Below the pieces are notes generated by a model. That model was not told where the DNA came from. It saw nothing but the letters and a program-made list of their open reading frames with translations, and ran no database searches. From contig JAYUZK010000169.1 of assembly GCA_043751835.1 (NCBI GenBank), positions 1 to 32,385 of the forward strand: a DNA stretch of 32,385 nt. Direction: 5' to 3'. Positions within the stretch are counted from its first letter, which is position 1. Every line of letters starts with the position of its first letter. Below, piece by piece: positions 27,778 to 32,385 of this stretch. The translations under genes and the position numbers were made by a program. The DNA comes from Gemmatimonadota bacterium. Lineage in GTDB: Bacteria > Gemmatimonadota > Gemmatimonadetes > Gemmatimonadales > GWC2-71-9.

Positions 27778-29487
27778 TCATTCCATCGTATCGGTGATCG
27801 GCGGCAGCGGCTCCTGCTTCGGCGGCGCGCCGGTCTCGTCCTCGGGATAGCCCTTGACGACCACGACGATCCGGTGGTGGATCGGATCGACCTCGATCAC
27901 CTCGACATCGGCGACCTGGTTTTCCTTGACGACATCGCCCGGGTTCTGGACATCCTCGAATCCGAGCTGCGACATCGGGGCGAAGCCCTCGAGATCGTTG
28001 CCCAGGTCGACGACGACACCCTTGTCCATCATTCGGACGATCCGGCCCTTGATCAAACTTCCCACGGGCAGGTTCTCGCCGATCTTGAGCCACGGATCCT
28101 CTTCGGCCTGCTTCAGACCGAGCGAGATCCGCTTGTTCTCGGCGTCGATGTTGAGCACCACGACATCCACCCCGTCGCCCTTCTTGACGACCTCCGACGG
28201 GTGCTGAACCCGCTTGGTCCAGGACATGTCGGAGATATGGATCAGGCCGTCGATGCCGGGCTCGATCTCCACGAAGGCGCCGAAGCTGGTGAGGTTCCGA
28301 ACCTTGCCCTGAATCCGGGTACCCACCGGGTAGCGCTGCGGCAGGATCATCCACGGGTCCTGCTCGGTCTGCTTCATGCCGAGGGAGATCTTCTCTTCCG
28401 TCTCGTCGACCTTGAGGACCACCGCCTCGATGGTCTCGCCAATCGAGACGATCTTCGACGGGTGGCGGACGTTGCGGGTCCAGCTCATCTCGGAGATGTG
28501 CACGAGGCCCTCGATGCCGGCCTCGAGCTCGACGAAGGCGCCGTAGTTGGTGATCGAGACCACCTTGCCCTGTACCCGGGTGCCGACCGGATACTTCTCC
28601 GCGATGTCCTTCCACGGATAGGCCTGGAGCTGCTTCATGCCGAGCGAAATCCGCTCCCGCTGCCAGTCGATGTCGAGAATCTTGACCTCGACTTCGGCCC
28701 CGATCTGCACCATCTCGGTCGGGTGGGAGACCCGGCCGTACGACATGTCGGTAATGTGGAGCAGGCCGTCCACGCCGCCGAGGTCGATGAACGCCCCGAA
28801 ATCGGTGATGTTCTTGACGATGCCCTTCCGGGTCTGGCCGGAGAGCAGTTCTTTCATCAGGTGCTCGCGCTTGCTGGCCCGCTCGTTCTCGAGAATGATC
28901 CGGCGGGAGACGACGATGTTGCGGCGCCGCTTGTTGAGCTTGATGATCTTGAACTCGAACGTCTGGCCGAGGAGTTCGTCGATGTTCGGAACCCGGCGGA
29001 GCGCGATCTGCGACCCCGGGAGGAAGGCATCGACCCCCATCACGTTGACCACGACGCCGCCCTTGATCTTCTTCATCAGGGCGCCCTGCACCGGCTGGTC
29101 GCTCTCGTGGGCAACGCGGATCTTCTCCCAGACCCGCATGAAGTCGGCCTTCTTCTTCGACAGCACGACCGCGCCCTCGCTGTCCTCGAGGTGCTCGAGA
29201 AACACTTCGACTTCTTCGCCCTCGACCGGACGCTCCTTGAACTCGTCGAGCGGGACGGAACCTTCGGACTTGAAGCCGACGTCGAGAATGACGGCGTTGT
29301 CGGTGATGCGAAGGACCTTCGACTTGACGATCTCGCCCTCGACGATCTGCGCCATCGTGCCCTCGTACATCGAGAGCATGCTTTCGTAGTCGGCGTCGGA
29401 ATACGTTTCGTCGTAGAGGTCGGTTCGGACCCGGAGGCCCGTGACGGTGGCGAACTGAGCGGCGCCGGCTTTACGCGGCTTGGACAT
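27778..29487 (-). CDS. rpsA: 30S ribosomal protein S1 (six S1 repeats)
   Basis: Repeated S1 motifs (G.V...T.FGAFV.L..GI.GLIHISE.). Start placed at ATG 29487 (MSKPRKAGAAQF...). The ORF-track TTG at 29577 falls inside the predicted -10 element. Confidence 0.93.
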   Translation of the reverse strand: MSKPRKAGAAQFATVTGLRVRTDLYDETYSDADYESMLSMYEGTMAQIVEGEIVKSKVLRITDNAVILDVGFKSEGSVPLDEFKERPVEGEEVEVFLEHLEDSEGAVVLSKKKADFMRVWEKIRVAHESDQPVQGALMKKIKGGVVVNVMGVDAFLPGSQIALRRVPNIDELLGQTFEFKIIKLNKRRRNIVVSRRIILENERASKREHLMKELLSGQTRKGIVKNITDFGAFIDLGGVDGLLHITDMSYGRVSHPTEMVQIGAEVEVKILDIDWQRERISLGMKQLQAYPWKDIAEKYPVGTRVQGKVVSITNYGAFVELEAGIEGLVHISEMSWTRNVRHPSKIVSIGETIEAVVLKVDETEEKISLGMKQTEQDPWMILPQRYPVGTRIQGKVRNLTSFGAFVEIEPGIDGLIHISDMSWTKRVQHPSEVVKKGDGVDVVVLNIDAENKRISLGLKQAEEDPWLKIGENLPVGSLIKGRIVRMMDKGVVVDLGNDLEGFAPMSQLGFEDVQNPGDVVKENQVADVEVIEVDPIHHRIVVVVKGYPEDETGAPPKQEPLPPITDTME

Positions 29488-29502
29488 GGGGGATGCACTC
29501 GA

Positions 29503-29564
29503 GGGCCTCGATAAGGTGCCGAGGGCCCGGTTGGGGGTGAAGGTGGCCCCCGCCACCGGCGGGG
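29503..29564 (-). promoter_or_regulatory. Structured rpsA 5' leader: two GC-rich hairpins
   Basis: CCCCGCC-ACC-GGCGGGG (29548-29564), 7 bp with a 3-nt loop. GGGCCTCG...CGAGGGCCC (29503-29528), 8 bp with one bulge and a 9-nt loop. Both lie between the predicted promoter and ATG 29487. Confidence 0.4.
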
Positions 29565-29576
29565 TAAGGAGCGACA

Positions 29577-29605
29577 ACTATAGCCGCGAAGTCACTTCAG
29601 GACAA
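29577..29605 (-). promoter_or_regulatory. Candidate sigma70-type promoter of rpsA (TTGTCC - 17 nt - TATAGT), overlapping the cmk stop
   Basis: On the minus strand the -35 TTGTCC is at 29605..29600 and the -10 TATAGT at 29582..29577, with a 17-nt spacer. This predicts a leader of about 80 nt. Confidence 0.5.
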
Positions 29606-30262
29606 GGCATTACGCGCCAGCGCGACGATCGTGGCCACCTGGTCCGGGAAGCCAAGGTGGGTGGTGTCGAGAAGGACCGCGTCGGCCGCCTGGCGAAGGG
29701 GGGCAACGGCACGGCCGGCGTCCAGAGTGTCGCGGGCGGCCAGGCGATCGGCCTCGAGCGCCACCAACCGGTCGTCCCCGGTCTCTCCGCGCTGGGCCAG
29801 ACGGCGGCGGGCCCGGGCATCCGGCGTTGCGGTGAGGAAGATCTTGAGGACAGCCTGGGGGAACACCACGGTGCCGATGTCCCGGCCATCGAGAACCAGA
29901 ACCCAGTCGTCGCTGGCTGCCGCCCGAAGCCGGTCGTTGACCCAGTCCCGAAGCGCCGGAATCACGGCGACCTCGGAGACCGCCGCGGTCACCTCCTCAC
30001 TCCGGATTACGGCCTCGGCCCGGTCCCCGTCGAGGAACGGCACAATCTCCCGGCCGTCATGACGGAGGCCGAGACTGCGGCGGGCGGCCTCGGCGGTGAT
30101 CGCGGCCGGATCGCGACTGCCGAGGTCGAGGGCCACGCGGGTGAGGCCTCGGTAGAGCGCCCCCGAGTCGAGATGATGGGCGCCGAGATCCCGGGCCACG
30201 GCGGCCGCGGTGGACGATTTGCCCGAGGCGGCCGGCCCGTCGATCGCGATGACCCGTCTCAT
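29597..30262 (-). CDS. cmk: Cytidylate kinase
   Basis: 221 aa with the IAIDGPAASGKSSTA P-loop. ATGA overlap with the aroA stop. Confidence 0.95.
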   Translation of the reverse strand: MRRVIAIDGPAASGKSSTAAAVARDLGAHHLDSGALYRGLTRVALDLGSRDPAAITAEAARRSLGLRHDGREIVPFLDGDRAEAVIRSEEVTAAVSEVAVIPALRDWVNDRLRAAASDDWVLVLDGRDIGTVVFPQAVLKIFLTATPDARARRRLAQRGETGDDRLVALEADRLAARDTLDAGRAVAPLRQAADAVLLDTTHLGFPDQVATIVALARNALS

Positions 30263-31515
30263 GAAAGCCGGCCCCGTTTCACTTGATCGAGCAGATCGAA
30301 GAACCCCGGGAAACTCACCGCCACGCAGGCCCGATCGTCAATCGAGATCCGGGCCCCCGGAACGAGGCCGAGCACCCCGAACGCCATCGCGATCCGATGG
30401 TCGCCATCGGTCCGGATCCGGCCCCTCGGGGGATGGTCGCTGCCTTCGACCACCAGGGTGTTGCCCTCACCGGACGCTCGATAGCCGAGTCGCACAAGAT
30501 TGGCTGCCATCAGGCCAAGGCGGTCGCTTTCCTTGACGCGGAGTTCGCCGACGTCCTCGAACCGGCTCACGCCCGCGGCGCGGGCCGCCACCACCGCGAG
30601 GAGAGGGATTTCGTCGATCAGCCCCGGCACTTCGGAGGCCGAGACGGTAGTGGCCCGGAGATCGCCGGGGGCGGCGTGGATGGCGCCGATCGGCTCGCCC
30701 AAGGTGGCACCCGCCGCCTCGGCCCTGACCGCCGCCCCCATCCGATGGAGGACGGCCAGGAATCCGATCCGGGTCGGGTTGAGGCCGACGCCCCCGAGGG
30801 TGAGAGCCCGCGCGCCAAGGACCCCGGCGCCGACCAGGAAGGCGGCCGAGCTCGAATCGCCGGGAATCGCCATGTCGAACGGCGGCACCGGCCCGCCGGC
30901 GGCGAGGTCGATCCAGCCCTCGTGGACCCGGAGATCGTAGCCTAACGCCGCGAGCATCCGCTCGGTGTGATCGCGCGACAGGCCGGCCGGCTCCCGCACC
31001 GACACCGGCACCCCACCGGCCACCCCGGCCAGGAGGATCGCACTCTTGAGCTGGGCGCTCGACACCGGGAGTTCCCAGCGGAGCGGGTCGAGCGGTCCGC
31101 CCCTGATCTCGAGCGGCAGCCGGTCGGCTCGGTCGGGAACGAAGCGCGCGCCCATCGCGGTCAGCGGATCGGTGACCCGTCGCATCGGACGGCGGCGGAG
31201 GGAGCGATCACCGGTGAGGCGGGCCGGGAAGCGGTGGGCGGCGAGCAAGCCCATCAGGAGCCGCGCCGTGGTCCCCGAGTTGCCACAGTGGAGCGAGCCC
31301 GCCGGACGGTGGAGGCGCCCGCGCCCGACCACCTCGAGCGCCCCTCCGGAACCCCGGAGCGGAGGCACCGCGGCTCCGAGTTGGCGGAGGACTCTGGCGG
31401 TCGACCGGGCATCGAGTGACGCCAACGGATCGACGATCCGGCTCCGGCCGCGGGCCATGCCGGCGAGCAGCAGAGCCCGATGGGTAATGCTTTTGTCTCC
31501 GGGGACGATAATCAA
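30259..31515 (-). CDS. aroA: 3-phosphoshikimate 1-carboxyvinyltransferase (EPSP synthase)
   Basis: 418 aa. PGDKSITHRALLLAG, LHCGNSGTTARLL and RVKESDRL motifs. The only available start is TTG 31515, just 4 codons before PGDKS (see finding). Confidence 0.9.
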   Translation of the reverse strand: MIIVPGDKSITHRALLLAGMARGRSRIVDPLASLDARSTARVLRQLGAAVPPLRGSGGALEVVGRGRLHRPAGSLHCGNSGTTARLLMGLLAAHRFPARLTGDRSLRRRPMRRVTDPLTAMGARFVPDRADRLPLEIRGGPLDPLRWELPVSSAQLKSAILLAGVAGGVPVSVREPAGLSRDHTERMLAALGYDLRVHEGWIDLAAGGPVPPFDMAIPGDSSSAAFLVGAGVLGARALTLGGVGLNPTRIGFLAVLHRMGAAVRAEAAGATLGEPIGAIHAAPGDLRATTVSASEVPGLIDEIPLLAVVAARAAGVSRFEDVGELRVKESDRLGLMAANLVRLGYRASGEGNTLVVEGSDHPPRGRIRTDGDHRIAMAFGVLGLVPGARISIDDRACVAVSFPGFFDLLDQVKRGRLS

Positions 31516-31562
31516 AACGTTAACCCAGGCTTCCGGGCCGATCAGGCCCTGACGCAGGTCGC

Positions 31563-31591
31563 TAGACGGTTGTGAAGTAACAACTTAGAAT
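31563..31591 (+). promoter_or_regulatory. Candidate promoter for the GspE/PilB-like gene (TAGACG - 17 nt - TAGAAT)
   Basis: -35 at 31563-31568 and -10 at 31586-31591, in the only AT-rich stretch of the aroA/ATPase divergent gap. Followed by the Shine-Dalgarno sequence AAGGA (31602-31606) and TTG 31615. Confidence 0.3.
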
Positions 31592-31614
31592 ACACTACGT
31601 TAAGGAACCAGCGC

Positions 31615-32385
31615 TTGCAGTCAACTGCCACCAGGGGAAGTCCAGCCATTCCCGAGCCCGGCTCGCCCCCAAGCCCCGGCGGCCACGGCCCCAAAGACCT
31701 CTGGCTGTTGCCAACGCTGGTGGACGGCGGCGCCATTTCGGCGACTCAGGCGGAGGAACTCCGCACCAACGCGCCCGACAGTATCTGGCAGGGAATCGTC
31801 GAGCGCGGGTATTCGACCACGCCGAAGATTCTCGAGGTCATTTCGACCCGTTTCAAGGTTGCCGTCGCCGACCTGAGCAGCGTCTCCGCGCGGATCGGTG
31901 CCCTGCTCCCCGAACCGCTGGCCCGAAAATACCGGATCGTGGCGATCGGGGCGGACGATCGACTGATCCGGATCGCCACCGCGGACCCGCGCGACCTGGC
32001 ATTGGAGCAGACGCTGGCGTTCGTAACCGGCCGCGATGTGCTTTTCCTGGCGGCGGCGCCCGACGAGATCGTGGCCAAGCTGGAGGAAGTGTATCGGCCC
32101 GAGGATGCGGTGAACCGGCTGGTGGACGGTCTCAACCCGGCTTCGGTCGAGACGATCGACGAGAGTTCGCCGCAGGAGACCCCACGGGATCCGGCACTCG
32201 ACCCGCCCATGGCCCGGCTGGTCGACGCGATGATCTCGGATGGGGTCCGCGAGGGCGCCAGCGACATCCACTGCGAGCCGTTGGCCGAGGGAACGTCGGT
32301 CCGCTACCGGATCGACGGCGTGATGAAGGAAGTCATGCGGCTCCCGGCTTCAGCGGGGCCGGCGCTGGTCCGCCGGATCAAGATT
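31615..32385 (+). CDS. Type II secretion / type IV pilus assembly ATPase (GspE/PilB family), N-terminal part; runs off the window
   Basis: Absent from the ORF track because it is open-ended. My translation in frame 1 shows a T2SSE_N-type domain (...LARKYRIVAIGADDRLIRIATADPRDLALEQTLAFVTGRDVLFLAAAPDEIVAKLEEVY...). It then reads ...MARLVDAMISDGVREGASDIHCEPLAEGTSVRYRIDGVMKEVMRLPASAGPALVRRIKI, the start of the ATPase core. The start is uncertain: TTG 31615 with AAGGA 8 nt upstream, or later CTG/TTG/GTG codons at 31705-31720. Confidence 0.85.
   Translation, partial: MQSTATRGSPAIPEPGSPPSPGGHGPKDLWLLPTLVDGGAISATQAEELRTNAPDSIWQGIVERGYSTTPKILEVISTRFKVAVADLSSVSARIGALLPEPLARKYRIVAIGADDRLIRIATADPRDLALEQTLAFVTGRDVLFLAAAPDEIVAKLEEVYRPEDAVNRLVDGLNPASVETIDESSPQETPRDPALDPPMARLVDAMISDGVREGASDIHCEPLAEGTSVRYRIDGVMKEVMRLPASAGPALVRRIKI

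Noticed and set aside
25574-27850. 758-aa plus-strand ORF antisense to the DUF5916-like gene
   Set aside because: Shadow ORF. The minus-strand frame has the domain-like sequence, outer-membrane-type C-terminus and consistent codon bias.
27874-29514. 546-aa plus-strand ORF antisense to rpsA
   Set aside because: Its Asp/Leu/His-rich periodic sequence simply mirrors the six S1 repeats on the other strand.
1-32385. Search for CRISPR arrays, tRNA/rRNA genes, IS elements or integrases, long direct or inverted repeats, toxin-antitoxin pairs and defence-island signatures
   Set aside because: I could see none by eye. The intergenic gaps are short and occupied by leaders or promoters, and every large ORF in the favoured frame has a housekeeping or known-family identity. 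A repeat-finder and tRNAscan/Rfam scan would be needed to exclude small elements formally.

Overview
GC-rich (about two-thirds G+C by eye) bacterial chromosomal segment made up almost entirely of core housekeeping genes. Most are on the minus strand and tightly packed, with many 1-nt or 4-nt start/stop overlaps. Order from left to right (minus-strand genes are transcribed right to left): mrdA (partial)-mreD-mreC-mreB, dut, ald, M16 peptidase, pnp, rpsO | decayed SDR-type epimerase remnant | YhhN-family membrane protein (+) | rseP-dxr-cdsA-uppS-frr-pyrH-tsf-rpsB, rpsI-rplM | 5'-truncated and frameshifted TonB-dependent receptor remnant (+) | BCCP-like protein, m5U RNA methyltransferase, biotin carboxylase, carboxyltransferase, DUF5916/CBM9-like outer-membrane protein, rpsA, cmk-aroA | start of a GspE/PilB-type ATPase (+, runs off the window). 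I saw no rRNA, tRNA, CRISPR array, transposase, integrase, or recognisable defence or toxin genes. I could not support a novel multi-gene system here. The only DNA not explained by a gene or its leader is about 18644-18826. The most unusual observations are: (1) an acyl-CoA carboxylase operon whose alpha subunit appears split, with a complete m5U RNA methyltransferase translationally coupled between the two halves; (2) an uncharacterised DUF5916/CBM9-like outer-membrane protein directly upstream of that operon; (3) two decayed genes (TonB-dependent receptor, Tat-type SDR epimerase) wedged between conserved operons. Several sigma70-like promoters and strong leader hairpins are readable in the few AT-richer intergenic gaps. 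The gene content loosely suggests a Gemmatimonadota-like or similar high-GC Gram-negative lineage, but that is a low-confidence guess. The many long antisense or alternative-frame ORFs in the track are treated as GC-rich shadow ORFs.
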